From an uncultured delta proteobacterium (GTDB lineage: Bacteria > Desulfobacterota > RBG-13-43-22), in the NCBI GenBank assembly GCA_963743305.1, contig CAVUPH010000033.1, positions 64,001 through 128,000 of the forward strand: a stretch of 64,000 nt of DNA, written 5' to 3'. A program made the position numbers and the translations under genes. A model generated the notes under the pieces. The model searched no databases. It worked only from the letters and a program-made list of their open reading frames with translations, and was not told the DNA's origin. Of the stretch, positions 10,266 to 19,955 are shown piece after piece (within the stretch, counting starts at the first letter, position 1; each line of letters starts with the position of its first letter).

Positions 10266-11129
10266 TCAGGGAAGATTTTTTATGGTCAGGGATTTCAAGC
10301 AGGGGGCGGCACAGTTTTTAGCTCCGGTCCAGAACCCTTGGGGGTCGTAACGACGGATAATCGCCAATTCTTCCGAGGTAGGGGCCGGGCTGATAGTGAT
10401 CTTCGAGGCTGTTTTCAGCTTCCAACCGGTTTGCGCGATGACGGTTTCCGGGGAAATGCCGGGATGCACTTGGCCTAGATAGGCCTCGCGGGTAGTTGGA
10501 TCGAAACGCAAGACCCCTAAAGTGGTGATGACCGCCGAGGGGCCACCACGGACAAGTCCCTGGCGGTTGCGCCAATCTCCGCCGTCACCAAACCCGGACG
10601 AGGTGATATAACTGACTTTTTCCACAAAGCGGCGTTTCTCATGGGTCATGATAATCAACAGCTTGCGGGCCAACGAAGCGATATCCCCGCCGCCGCCGCT
10701 GCCGGGGAGGCGAATCGGGCCTTTCGGCCCGCCCACCTGGGTGGTGTTTAAATTGCCGAACTTATCCACCTCCGCTCCACCGATAAAGCCGATATCTACC
10801 CTCCCTTTTTGTAGAAAACCCATGACCGTCAACATATCGCAGCACATGGTGGCCTGGAAGATATTGGGGGGATCCCCCATGGTGACCATGGGGCCGGCGG
10901 CTGGGATTTCTCTGATGACGCCGTTTTCAAAAAGACCGATCGCTCTCGGGGCATGGGTTATTTTGGCCAAAATAAAGGCCAGCAAGGGCAGCCGCATACC
11001 GACGAAAACCACGTCCCCGTCACAGATTTCCCGAGCAGCGATGGTGACCATCAGCTCGGCGGGGGTGTAGTCCCGTGAGGCGCAAGGCGCAAGGCGCGAA
11101 GCGTTTGATTTAGGGGGATACATTCCCAT
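10266..11129 (-). CDS. Family I CoA-transferase beta subunit (GctB/CatJ-like)
   Basis: VFVGMRLP, FENG, GFIGGAEVDKFGNLNTT, RLPGSGG motifs. Confidence 0.85.
   Translation of the reverse strand: MGMYPPKSNASRLAPCASRDYTPAELMVTIAAREICDGDVVFVGMRLPLLAFILAKITHAPRAIGLFENGVIREIPAAGPMVTMGDPPNIFQATMCCDMLTVMGFLQKGRVDIGFIGGAEVDKFGNLNTTQVGGPKGPIRLPGSGGGGDIASLARKLLIIMTHEKRRFVEKVSYITSSGFGDGGDWRNRQGLVRGGPSAVITTLGVLRFDPTTREAYLGQVHPGISPETVIAQTGWKLKTASKITISPAPTSEELAIIRRYDPQGFWTGAKNCAAPCLKSLTIKNLP
11078..11103. repeat. Heptamer tandem repeat (AGGCGCA)~3.7
   Basis: aggcgca aggcgca aggcgcg aagcg, in the 5' end of the CoA-transferase ORF. Confidence 0.7.
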
Positions 11130-11134
11130 AAGTT

Positions 11135-11611
11135 TTAAGCAAAAGCTGGATGGCCGGGAACAGGTTTGATTTTATCCTGATGAACCGACATCAGGGTGAC
11201 CAGAGCCTTCGCGGCCAGGACTTCCCCAGCGGATCTCAGGTCAAAGACCTCGGATTCTCCCACCAGGATACGAATTCCTTCCCGGAGGATCCGGGATTTA
11301 CAAATCAAACCCTGCCCGTAAGCCGGCTGCAGGAAATTGATTTTAAATTCAATGGTCAAGATGCGGTGCACTTCATCCACCAGGCTGAAGGCGGCGTACC
11401 CGGCCGTATGGTCGGCCATGGCGGCCAGGACCCCCGCATGAATGTACTGATCCTGCTGGCGATGGCGGTCCAGTACCTGCAGCCGGGATTCCAGGTAGCC
11501 TCGGCGGTATTCCTGGACCCGGTAGCCCACATCTCCAATAAAGCCCCGGGAATAGTCCCGGGTCAAAAAATCCCGGCGCTCCGGCGAAAATTCTTTACTC
11601 GCTCCGGCCAT
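11135..11611 (-). CDS. PaaI-family hotdog thioesterase
   Basis: HAGVLAAMADHTAG and TIEFKINFL; start moved to ATG 11611. Confidence 0.85.
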   Translation of the reverse strand: MAGASKEFSPERRDFLTRDYSRGFIGDVGYRVQEYRRGYLESRLQVLDRHRQQDQYIHAGVLAAMADHTAGYAAFSLVDEVHRILTIEFKINFLQPAYGQGLICKSRILREGIRILVGESEVFDLRSAGEVLAAKALVTLMSVHQDKIKPVPGHPAFA

Positions 11612-12422
11612 CGTTTTGTCCCAATAAGGTGAACCAGGTATGATCCGTTTCCCATTCCCCGAGCAGGGGAAAGCCCGGGTGGTCAAGCCGTCTTTTGATC
11701 TCGGTGTATTCGCTTCTCAGCAGCCCGGAAAGAACGACCCATTTTTTTTCGAAAAATGCCGGTTGCTCAATCAGTTCCCGGACGACCGTGAAATGCAAAT
11801 TGGCGAAGAGTAGATCGGCCTTCTGCTGGAGGTATTCCTCGGCCAGCCCTTCTTCCACCCGAATTCGGGAGGATAATCCGTTTAATTCAATGTTTTTCCG
11901 GGCGGTGGCCACGCAGGCCGGGTTCCAGTCGATCCCCAAGACTTCCCGGGACCCTAGCTTGACGGCGGCAATGGCCAGGATCCCGGTCCCCGTCCCCAGG
12001 TCCAGGACCATTTCGGGCGTTTCTCGGTCAAAGATCGAGAGCAGGGCCTTGAGGCAATCCCGGGTGGTGGGGTGCTGTCCGGAGCCGAAGACCACCCCGG
12101 GGTCGATAATCAGGGGAATCCGATCCCCGTCCTCCGGGACCGGGTGACCCAGGGGGATGATCCGCAGCCGGCCTATGGATAGCGGTTCCAAACTTTCCCC
12201 GGCCTGCCAGTCCCGGTAACTGATCTCGTGGGTCCGGACCCAGGAGAGGCCGGGGCGGTCGGTCAAAAAGGTCTGAAGTTCAGCCGCCGAGGGACGAGAG
12301 AAAAAGAGAAACGTGCTCTCCCCTTCCCGCCAGTGGGCGATCAGGTTGTTTTGAAAAAAGGATTCCGGCTGGGACACCGTCCCCGACAGTTCATAAATAT
12401 ACAGACGGTCTTCGGGGTTCAT
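11595..12422 (-). CDS. prmA: PrmA-like (L11) SAM methyltransferase
   Basis: IDPGVVFGSGQHPTT, VLDLGTGTGILA, ANL, LSGLL. Confidence 0.7.
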   Translation of the reverse strand: MNPEDRLYIYELSGTVSQPESFFQNNLIAHWREGESTFLFFSRPSAAELQTFLTDRPGLSWVRTHEISYRDWQAGESLEPLSIGRLRIIPLGHPVPEDGDRIPLIIDPGVVFGSGQHPTTRDCLKALLSIFDRETPEMVLDLGTGTGILAIAAVKLGSREVLGIDWNPACVATARKNIELNGLSSRIRVEEGLAEEYLQQKADLLFANLHFTVVRELIEQPAFFEKKWVVLSGLLRSEYTEIKRRLDHPGFPLLGEWETDHTWFTLLGQNDGRSE

Positions 12423-12487
12423 GCTTGAATGACTTTTTGTGAAACCTTCCTGGTGATGGGCTCGTCCGACCCGAAGTCAAAACAACC

Positions 12488-12521
12488 CGGCCCCTGGAAT
12501 AAAGAGTTATTTCAGGGGCCG
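12488..12521. terminator. Intergenic hairpin, possible terminator or processing stem
   Basis: cggcccctggaataa-agag-ttatttcaggggccg. Confidence 0.5.
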
Positions 12522-12605
12522 AAGTCTGAATCTTGCGCCGCGGCTACCCGCGGGCCTTTCGATCGCTGCGGCAGTCGGTGCAACCTGAGTGCCGCCCCAG
12601 AGAGG

Positions 12606-13106
12606 CTACTCTGCCGGGACCCAATAATAATCGAGTACGGTGTTCGTAGGTTTAGCGGTCCGGAACTCGGCCTTGACCTTCATTCCGATGAAGGGTTTCC
12701 CGTGTAAGAGATAGCTCTTGGGGATGGTCGCCAGTTCTGGGATTTCCACGTCGATCTGCCAGTAGGGGGTGGAAAGCTCTATCCCGATCCCGGCATAGAC
12801 CACTTCGGTAAAGGCATAGACCTGACCGATGACCGGATTGCGCAGGGCCTTCCATTTCATTTCCGTATGGCAGTCGGGACAGTGCGCCCGCGGGGGTATC
12901 CAGAGGCGGTTTTCGGTACATTGCTTATTGGGGCAAAAGGTGGCCATCAGTTTTCCTTCCGTCAGTCCCTTGAAGAAAGGGGATAGCATCCCATAGGTAT
13001 GTACATGGGTTAAGCTTCGGGGCCACTCAATAACCGTCTGGGGTTCGGTCTGCCGAATTTTAGTCGTCTGACCAATGAATTTGGTCTGCAGTTGTTTTTT
13101 AGCCAT
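12606..13106 (-). CDS. DUF35 Zn-ribbon/OB-fold protein
   Basis: CPNKQC...PPRAHCPDC plus OB-fold; AGGAGG RBS before ATG 13106. Confidence 0.85.
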   Translation of the reverse strand: MAKKQLQTKFIGQTTKIRQTEPQTVIEWPRSLTHVHTYGMLSPFFKGLTEGKLMATFCPNKQCTENRLWIPPRAHCPDCHTEMKWKALRNPVIGQVYAFTEVVYAGIGIELSTPYWQIDVEIPELATIPKSYLLHGKPFIGMKVKAEFRTAKPTNTVLDYYWVPAE

Positions 13107-13120
13107 GGTTTCTTCCTCCT

Positions 13121-14491
13121 TTACCAGCTCTTCCTGAGAATACCGACGGTCACATGCGATCCGACCCCTGCATGGGAGACCCAGAGGGCCTGCTTGCTTT
13201 TTTTCGGGATCTGCAGGCTCTTCCAGTCCCGGGGTTTGGTCTTGCCCCATTTTTTCCAGATCTTCGAGTCACCGTGAAACTGATCGTATTTTTGCTGCAA
13301 TTGCCAGAGGCACTCCACAGCCTGGAAGATGCCGGTGGCGCCCACGGCATGCATGGTCCCCAGCAATCCGCCGGACAAGTTGGAGGGACATTTCCCGCCG
13401 TAATAGGCGTCTCCCGATTCGATATACTCCTGTTCCTGGCCGTAAGGCCGGAGGCCGATATCGCCGTAGGTCTGAAGATCGCTGATGGTGAAGGCGTCAT
13501 GGAGTTCCACCAGATCCAATTCTTCCAGCGGGTCATGAATTCCGGCCATGCGATACGCTAAGTAAGCGGCAAAGCGAGCGGCCAGAAAACTCTCGAATCC
13601 CGGATAGCGGCTCCCTTCCTTCAGATAATTTTTATACATTCCCGGTTTTTCGTTGGGCAGCAGCGGGATTTCCATGTGGCGCCGGTCGGCCACCCGCAGG
13701 GTGTGGGAACCGCCGCAGATGAAGACCTCCACCGGGTGGTCGGTCAACTTGTAGGCCGTTTTTTCATCGCAGAGCAGGGCACAGGCCGAACCGACGCTCA
13801 TGGCGCAGCATTCCAGGAAGCGCAGGGGATAGGCCGACATGGGGCTGGCCAAGACCTCTTCCACGGTGTGCTTACCCGGTTGTTGCGCATAGGGGGAAGA
13901 GCAGGCATAGAGACGGTTTTTGACGGCGATCTTAGCCCGGGTGGTTTCCGATACATCGAAAGCCCAAGCAAAGCGGTTGGCCATGGCGGCATAATAAGCA
14001 GAATAGATGCGAGCCAGCCGGGTTTCAAAATCCTTGCAGGCGGCGGTAGCGATATAAAAATTTCCCGTCCGGGTATCGACTTCGTCCATCCGTTCCCAGC
14101 CGGCGGCCAGAGCCACGTCGGCATAGCCCGAGGCGACGGCCATGGCGGCGTTCAGGATGGTGGTTCCGCCGGTGGCCCCTCCGGTTTTGACTCCTACGTT
14201 AAACATAGGGTCCAGACCGAGATAATCATGAACCTTGGCCTCGCAGAGCAGTTGATCTTGGAAGTGATCGGCAAATTCGCCATAGGCGGCATAGTTGATC
14301 AGGCCCTTGACTTCCAGGGGGTCCATTTTAAGATTGTTATTTTCGAGCATTTGTTTGAAGGCCATCATGACCAGCTCTTCCAGTCTGTATTCCGGAAAAT
14401 ACTTTTTGTAGGCCGTCGTGCCCCCGGCGACCAAGAAGACCTTGCGATTCCATTTGGGAATCCTCAAATTACCCTTCTTGAATGTAATCAT
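13121..14491 (-). CDS. SCP2-type thiolase-fold protein lacking catalytic cysteines
   Basis: Thiolase fold motifs AKIAVKN, VELHDAF, NLSGGL, HAVGATG; the CxS site reads GGATG. Confidence 0.8.
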   Translation of the reverse strand: MITFKKGNLRIPKWNRKVFLVAGGTTAYKKYFPEYRLEELVMMAFKQMLENNNLKMDPLEVKGLINYAAYGEFADHFQDQLLCEAKVHDYLGLDPMFNVGVKTGGATGGTTILNAAMAVASGYADVALAAGWERMDEVDTRTGNFYIATAACKDFETRLARIYSAYYAAMANRFAWAFDVSETTRAKIAVKNRLYACSSPYAQQPGKHTVEEVLASPMSAYPLRFLECCAMSVGSACALLCDEKTAYKLTDHPVEVFICGGSHTLRVADRRHMEIPLLPNEKPGMYKNYLKEGSRYPGFESFLAARFAAYLAYRMAGIHDPLEELDLVELHDAFTISDLQTYGDIGLRPYGQEQEYIESGDAYYGGKCPSNLSGGLLGTMHAVGATGIFQAVECLWQLQQKYDQFHGDSKIWKKWGKTKPRDWKSLQIPKKSKQALWVSHAGVGSHVTVGILRKSW

Positions 14492-14538
14492 CCCCGATCC
14501 TCCTCCAATTTTAATCTTGTAACCCGAATAGAAGCTAC

Positions 14539-14566
14539 GTTATAATTGAAATTTGAACGCTGTCAA
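14539..14566 (-). promoter_or_regulatory. Putative sigma70 promoter of thiolase-like operon
   Basis: TTGACA, 16 nt, TATAAC. Confidence 0.5.
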
Positions 14567-14601
14567 GCAGAAAGTCGTCTTTAGACTTTTTGCGAGGTAA
14601 T
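14566..14601 (+). repeat. 36-bp dispersed repeat, copy 1
   Basis: 33/36 identical to the reverse complement of 25089..25124. Confidence 0.75.
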
Positions 14602-14603
14602 CA

Positions 14604-15512
14604 TTGATCGCCTCTCTCCATCCCTGCATTCGTAAAGAGATTAATATCCTCTGCGCCGGCCGGTCCCTCACGGACCGGGAGAAAAAACGGCTTCAAAAAG
14701 CTCGGGCGGTTATCCTCCCCCAGGGAGTAACCGCCGAAGTTTACCGGGAGTGTCGCCGTCTGGTACCCCGGGTCTTTCCCAATTACGATCTGCGATTCGG
14801 TTTGGAAGGCAAAGTCGGCGACGCCCTTCTTTTTGAATATTTCCAGGTCCCCCATCCCCGAACCCTGGCCTTCGTCGACCGGGAATCGTTCCGTAAGGCC
14901 TTCCCTGACCCAGAATTGCCACCCGTCCTCCTTTCCGGCTATCCCCTGGTCATGAAAGGGAATGAAGGAGGGGAGGGGTCCCTGGTCTTTCGAATTGAAT
15001 CCAATCGGGACCTTGAGGACAAACTGGACCTATTGCGCGGTTCAGCAGTCCGGGATCAGGGGTTTGTCCTTCAGGAGTTTATTGACCATGGAGGGCGCGA
15101 TTTGCGGGTGGTGATTCTCTATGATCAACTGTTCGCCTATTGGCGGGTTCAGCCTGACCCCAGCCGGTTCCGGACTAATCAAAGGCAGGGCGGAACGATT
15201 GACCATGGTGGAGATTCAAGGCTGAGAGAGAAGGCCATAAAGTCGGTGGAACGGTTTTGCCGCCGTGCAGGGATTCAGGTGGCCGGAGTTGATATCCTCT
15301 TCAATCGGAAACGCGATCCGGACACTCCTTTATTTTTGGAAATAAATTATTACTTCGGAAGAAGGGGACTGGGCGGATCTTTGCTTTTTTATGAACTTTT
15401 CGAGCAGGCCGCGGATCGCTGGCTGGCCTCCGGGGAACCAGAGGAAAGGTCGGGGTTTAGTACGAAAATAGAAGGTTCGGCGGTTATTCCAACTCCTTTC
15501 AAATCCCCCTAA
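14604..15512 (+). CDS. RimK-like ATP-grasp protein
   Basis: YPLVMK, GGEGSLV, LQEFI, DLRVV, AGVDILF, FLEIN. Confidence 0.75.
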   Translation: MIASLHPCIRKEINILCAGRSLTDREKKRLQKARAVILPQGVTAEVYRECRRLVPRVFPNYDLRFGLEGKVGDALLFEYFQVPHPRTLAFVDRESFRKAFPDPELPPVLLSGYPLVMKGNEGGEGSLVFRIESNRDLEDKLDLLRGSAVRDQGFVLQEFIDHGGRDLRVVILYDQLFAYWRVQPDPSRFRTNQRQGGTIDHGGDSRLREKAIKSVERFCRRAGIQVAGVDILFNRKRDPDTPLFLEINYYFGRRGLGGSLLFYELFEQAADRWLASGEPEERSGFSTKIEGSAVIPTPFKSP

Positions 15513-15630
15513 ATCCCCCTTTGTTAAAGGGGGACTTTAACTCCCCCCTTAGAAAAAGGGGGGCGGGGGGGGGGATTTTCATGCTTCGCGGGTGGCCCCT
15601 GAGCCATGTGGGTTTAGTACGAAAATAAGA
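15473..15630 (+). repeat. ~155-bp palindromic dispersed repeat (MITE/REP-like), copy 1
   Basis: aatccccctaaatccccctttgttaaagggggac core; inverted copy at 22605..22760. Confidence 0.8.
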
Positions 15631-15695
15631 CGAACATCGAATATCGAATTTAGTACGCCAATAAATTGTTGCTCGTTGCTGGTTAAAAAACTCTT

Positions 15696-15792
15696 GTCAT
15701 TGCGAGCGAAGCGAAGCAATCCCCCAGATAGACTTTTGTTGGCTGCCAAGCTTGGGTGGGGATTGCTTCGTCGCTTCACTCCTCGCAATGAC
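15696..15792. repeat. Palindromic element with GTCATTGCGAG / CTCGCAATGAC termini (RPE-like MITE)
   Basis: 11-bp terminal inverted repeat plus inner cgaagcaatcccc / ggggattgcttcg arms. Confidence 0.8.
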
Positions 15793-15947
15793 GCGGCCTT
15801 GAATTTTCATACTTCGCGGGGCCCGTTCCGGCCTTGGGGGTCTCGTTCGAAGCTAGGTTTTTTAATTTCCGGTGATTCAAGTTGTTTTTATCCCGCGGGT
15901 AAAGTAAGATTTGTACAATAGGTAAAAGGAGGTCGCCGTTAAACCCC

Positions 15948-16184
15948 ATGTGCTTAGCTATACCGATGGAAGTCAAAGAGATCAGAGAGAACTGGGCCCT
16001 GGTGGAATATGAGGGGACCCGCCGGGAGGTTCGGCTGGATATTGTGGACCAGCGACCGGAGGTGGGGGATTATGTGATCATTCATGCCGGGTTCGCCCTG
16101 CACCGGATTGACGAGGACGAAGCCAAAATCAGTTTAGCCTACTGGAAGGAAATCCTGGCCCATGCCCCTGAAGCATTTGAGTGA
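15948..16184 (+). CDS. hypC: Hydrogenase maturation chaperone HypC
   Basis: MCLAIP N-terminus, GDYVIIHAGFA; AGGAGG RBS. Confidence 0.95.
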   Translation: MCLAIPMEVKEIRENWALVEYEGTRREVRLDIVDQRPEVGDYVIIHAGFALHRIDEDEAKISLAYWKEILAHAPEAFE

Positions 16185-17250
16185 ATACCGGGATAAAGAC
16201 CTGGCTCAGAAACTGATCGCCGCCATCCGGTCCGAATCCCGCAAACCGGCCCGTTTGATGGAGGTCTGCGGCACCCATACGGTTGCCATCTTCCGGCACG
16301 GCATCCGGCAATTACTGCCGCCGTCGATTCAACTTATTTCCGGCCCCGGCTGTCCGGTCTGTGTGACCGCCACCGAGGATATTGATCAGGCGATCAAGTT
16401 GGCGCGATTCCCGGAAGTGACGGTGACCTCCTTCGGTGACCTGCTCCGGGTCCCGGGTTCGAATTCCTCCCTGCAGCAGGAAAGGGCTGTCGGGGCCGAT
16501 GTCCGCATCGTTTATTCCACCTTTGACGCCCTGAAATTGGCCCAGGAAAACCCGGCGAAGAAGGTTGTTTTTCTGGCCATCGGTTTTGAAACCACGGCGC
16601 CCACCATTGCCGCCGCGGTGGCCGAAGCGGAGCGGTTGGACCTGAAGAATTTTTATATCCTGGCCGCGCACAAACTGCTCCCTCCGGCCTTGGGGGCCCT
16701 GCTGGGCCTGGGGGAGCTGAACCTCCAGGGGTTCATTTATCCGGGGCATGTGACGACCATTATCGGCACGGAAGCTTATGAAGGAGTGGCCCGGGAGTAT
16801 GGGATCCCCGGGGTGGTCTGCGGGTTTGAACCGGTGGATATCCTGGAGACGATCCTGATGCTGGTTCAACAGATCGAAAAGAATGAGGCTCGGGTGGAGA
16901 TCCAGTATAAGCGGGGGGCCACGGCCCAGGGAAATCCGAAGGCCAGGGAACTGTTGAATCAGGTTTTCGAACCCTGTTCGGCCATCTGGAGGGGCTTGGG
17001 CCCTATCCCGGAAAGCGGCCTGACCCTGAAACCGGCCTATCGTCGGTTTGCCGCCGAAGACGTTTTCGATCTGCAAGTCCCCCCGGCCAAGGACCATCCC
17101 GGGTGCGGCTGCGGGGAAGTGCTTCGCGGCATGATAACGCCCCTGGAATGCCCGCTCTTTCGAAAAGCCTGCACCCCTGAATCCCCCATCGGCCCCTGCA
17201 TGGTCTCCACCGAAGGCACCTGCGCCGCCTACTTCAAATACCACCAGTAA
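16162..17250 (+). CDS. hypD: Hydrogenase maturation protein HypD
   Basis: MEVCGTHT, GPGCPVC, GFETT, PGHV, GPCMVSTEGTCAA. Confidence 0.97.
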   Translation: MPLKHLSEYRDKDLAQKLIAAIRSESRKPARLMEVCGTHTVAIFRHGIRQLLPPSIQLISGPGCPVCVTATEDIDQAIKLARFPEVTVTSFGDLLRVPGSNSSLQQERAVGADVRIVYSTFDALKLAQENPAKKVVFLAIGFETTAPTIAAAVAEAERLDLKNFYILAAHKLLPPALGALLGLGELNLQGFIYPGHVTTIIGTEAYEGVAREYGIPGVVCGFEPVDILETILMLVQQIEKNEARVEIQYKRGATAQGNPKARELLNQVFEPCSAIWRGLGPIPESGLTLKPAYRRFAAEDVFDLQVPPAKDHPGCGCGEVLRGMITPLECPLFRKACTPESPIGPCMVSTEGTCAAYFKYHQ

Positions 17251-17278
17251 AATCCTCCAACATCCTGGAGGAACGGGT

Positions 17279-18052
17279 TTATTTCGGCAGTTTGGTGATG
17301 AAGGCCTCAATGGCCTGGTTGACTTCCTTCGGCCTTTCCAGCATGACCAGATGCCCGGCAGAGGGGATTACCACCAGGCGGGAAGAGGGGATTTTTTGGT
17401 TTAAGCTTTGGGAAAAGGACGGGGGGGTCATTTTGTCCTCTTGACCGACGATGATCAGGGCGGGTAGGGTGATGGTTGAAATGTTTTCCGAGCGGTCGAA
17501 ACGGTTGCAGGCTATGAAATCATTGGTGATGATGGGGATAGACGTCTGTTTGAGGATCTGAAGCGACTGTTGAATCAGCAGGGGATCGGTGTTTATGGGG
17601 AGACACCACCGGTTGATTAGGGCCAGGGTCTGATCCGGATCGGTTAGCAGGCCCTCCAGGATCTTGGGGGAGACATTAAGTTCTTCCCCGGTGGCGATCA
17701 GGATGAGCCCGGCTAAAGGCAGGGAAGAACGAAGGGCCAATTCCTGGCCGATGGCGCCCCCCATGGAATGACCGCCCAGGACATAAGAAGGGATCGGTAA
17801 ATTGGACAACGCCTTTTCCACCCAGTTCGCATAAGCGCTGATAGTATCCTGCCCTGGTCCGAAAGTGCCGCCATGGCCCGGAAGATCGAAGGCCAGGACA
17901 TTCATTGTCCGGTCAAGATGGCGAAGCTGATGGAGAAAGGCCTGAGAGCTGCTTCCGGCCCCATGGAGCAGTACCAAGGTAGGTCGGTCCGCTAAAATTC
18001 CCTTTTCTCCGATTTTATAGCCAATATCAGGAGCCAAACCAAATTTATTCAT
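17279..18052 (-). CDS. Alpha/beta hydrolase
   Basis: LLHGAG, DLPGHG, GHSMGG, AGH. Confidence 0.9.
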   Translation of the reverse strand: MNKFGLAPDIGYKIGEKGILADRPTLVLLHGAGSSSQAFLHQLRHLDRTMNVLAFDLPGHGGTFGPGQDTISAYANWVEKALSNLPIPSYVLGGHSMGGAIGQELALRSSLPLAGLILIATGEELNVSPKILEGLLTDPDQTLALINRWCLPINTDPLLIQQSLQILKQTSIPIITNDFIACNRFDRSENISTITLPALIIVGQEDKMTPPSFSQSLNQKIPSSRLVVIPSAGHLVMLERPKEVNQAIEAFITKLPK

Positions 18053-18087
18053 AGGGCGTTGGAAAAAAAGCGAAGGGCAAACCGGAA

Positions 18088-18112
18088 GCGTGGCGGCAGG
18101 TCGCCGCCACGC
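18088..18112. terminator. GC-rich hairpin downstream of etfA
   Basis: gcgtggcggc-aggtc-gccgccacgc, perfect 10-bp stem. Confidence 0.5.
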
Positions 18113-18155
18113 AGTCTGAGTGAGTTTGCGGCAAAAAAAACTTAATGGCCATCAA

Positions 18156-19142
18156 TTAAGATAGGATCTTTTTAAATTCCTCTTTTAACACCGGAACGAT
18201 CTCGAAAAGGTCCCCCACAATCCCGTAATCCGCCTTCTGGAAGATGGGAGCATCCGGGTCCTTGTTGATGGCCACGATGATTTTGGAGGAGCCCATGCCG
18301 GCCAGGTGCTGGATGGCTCCGGAGATGCCGCAGGCGATGTACATGTTGGGGCAGACCACCTTCCCGGTCTGGCCCACCTGATCGGTGTGAGGCCGCCAGC
18401 CGGCATCGACTGCCGAACGGGAAGCGCCGACACTGGCTCCAATAACGCCGGCCAGTTCCTCCAGGACCTGGAAGTTTTCCTCCGCCTTCATGCCCCGACC
18501 GCCGGAGACGATAAAGGTAGCCTCGGTCAGGTCGACCTTGCCGCTGGCATCGGCCAATGATTCAACCAAGGTCGTGCGTAAATCATCCGGCTTCAGCTCG
18601 ACCGGAACGGCGACGATCTCGGCCTGACGGCCGGGGTCCGGCTCCGCCACGGCCAGGACATTGGGCCGGGCCGCGGCCATCTGAGGCCGGGCGGTTTCAC
18701 AGGCCACGTCGGCATATACCTTGCCGGCATACAGAGGCCGTTTGGCGATCAACAGGCCGTTTTCCAGACGGAAGGACACGCAGTCCTGAGCCATTCCGGT
18801 CTCCAGACGAGCGGCCAGTTTGGCGGCCAGCTCTTTTCCCTGGGCGCTGGCGCCCAGGAGGACGATATCGGGCTCTTGTTTCTTGATCAAATCGGCCAGA
18901 ACAGCCGTATGGGCCTCCGGGGTATAGTCGGCCAAGGCCGGATCATCGACAACATAAAGGGTGTCGGGCCCATAGGGGATCAACTTCTTGGCCTCTTCTC
19001 CGATCTGAGAGCCGACGACGACGGCCGCCAAAGGCTGGCCCGACTGATCGGCCAACCGACGACCCTCGCTGGCTAATTCATACGATATCTTGCGCAGGGT
19101 TCCCCCGCGTTGTTCGGCTATAATCCAAATTCCGTTTGCCAT
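18156..19142 (-). CDS. etfA: Electron transfer flavoprotein alpha
   Basis: [26 protein letters not shown]. Confidence 0.97.
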   Translation of the reverse strand: MANGIWIIAEQRGGTLRKISYELASEGRRLADQSGQPLAAVVVGSQIGEEAKKLIPYGPDTLYVVDDPALADYTPEAHTAVLADLIKKQEPDIVLLGASAQGKELAAKLAARLETGMAQDCVSFRLENGLLIAKRPLYAGKVYADVACETARPQMAAARPNVLAVAEPDPGRQAEIVAVPVELKPDDLRTTLVESLADASGKVDLTEATFIVSGGRGMKAEENFQVLEELAGVIGASVGASRSAVDAGWRPHTDQVGQTGKVVCPNMYIACGISGAIQHLAGMGSSKIIVAINKDPDAPIFQKADYGIVGDLFEIVPVLKEEFKKILS

Positions 19143-19157
19143 GGTTTCTTCTCCTTG

Positions 19158-19955
19158 CTAAATAATTTTGGCTTCTTCCCGCAACAGCTTGACCAGACCG
19201 GCGCCTTTTTCCTGAGGCGTTTCCCCGGAAACGATCTGGCCGGCTTTCCGTTCCGGCGGCGGGGTTAACCCCAGGATCTTGATTTTGGAACCGGCTTCCC
19301 CGGCCTGGCTGGGATCCAACCCTAAATCAGCTAATTTTTTAGCGGCCAGGGGTTTCTTTTTGGCTTTCATGATCCCGGGAAGGGAGGCATAGCGGGGCTC
19401 GTTCAAACCTTTCTGGGTGGTAATCAGCGCCGGCAAGGTGGATTCCAAGACCCAGTTGGCCCCCTCAACGGAACGCAGGATGCGGACCTTGGTCTTGTCT
19501 TCGGAAAGGTCCACTTTGGTGGCCACCGATAACAAAGGGATATTCAATAATTCGGACAAAGCCGCCCCGACTTGGCCATTGTCATGGTCCACGGCCCTTT
19601 GTCCGCAGAAGACCAGGTCAAAAGGGACCGTTTTAATAGCGGCGGCCAAGGCCCGGGCGGTGGCCAGGGAATCCCCGCCGTCGGCGGCCGGGTCGTCGAT
19701 ATGAATGGCTTCATCGGCCCCCATGGCCAGGGCGGTGCGCAGGGATTCTACCACCCGCTGAGGTCCTAATCCGACGACGGTGACTTTTCCTCCGCCCGCC
19801 TTCTCTTTAAGACGCAGCGCTTCTTCCACACCGAATTCATCGTAGGGGTTCATCACCCATTTAATGTCGGCGGTTTGAATGCCCTTACCTCCGGAATCGA
19901 TCTTGATTTGCGCTTCCGTGTCCGGGACTTGTTTAATGCAGGCCAGTATGTTCAC
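19158..19955 (-). CDS. etfB: Electron transfer flavoprotein beta
   Basis: CIKQVPD, MNPYDEFGVEEAL, NEPRYASL. Confidence 0.97.
   Translation of the reverse strand: MNILACIKQVPDTEAQIKIDSGGKGIQTADIKWVMNPYDEFGVEEALRLKEKAGGGKVTVVGLGPQRVVESLRTALAMGADEAIHIDDPAADGGDSLATARALAAAIKTVPFDLVFCGQRAVDHDNGQVGAALSELLNIPLLSVATKVDLSEDKTKVRILRSVEGANWVLESTLPALITTQKGLNEPRYASLPGIMKAKKKPLAAKKLADLGLDPSQAGEAGSKIKILGLTPPPERKAGQIVSGETPQEKGAGLVKLLREEAKII

Noticed and set aside
15453-15660. CRISPR-like array from repeated TTTAGTACG units
   Set aside because: Only two full copies and one partial, irregular spacing, no cas genes; explained by the dispersed repeats.
15579-15976. Small ORFs upstream of hypC
   Set aside because: They are translations of the palindromic repeat elements.
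16312-17310. Long antisense ORFs (also 51754..52890, 54678..55766, 50755..51687, 13676..14545)
   Set aside because: Shadow frames of well-supported genes in GC-rich DNA, with no motifs.
18073-18131. c-di-GMP-I riboswitch (GGCAAACC start)
   Set aside because: GCAAAC pairs with a downstream GTTTGC, the second GEMM stem is absent, and the orientation is opposite to the flanking genes.
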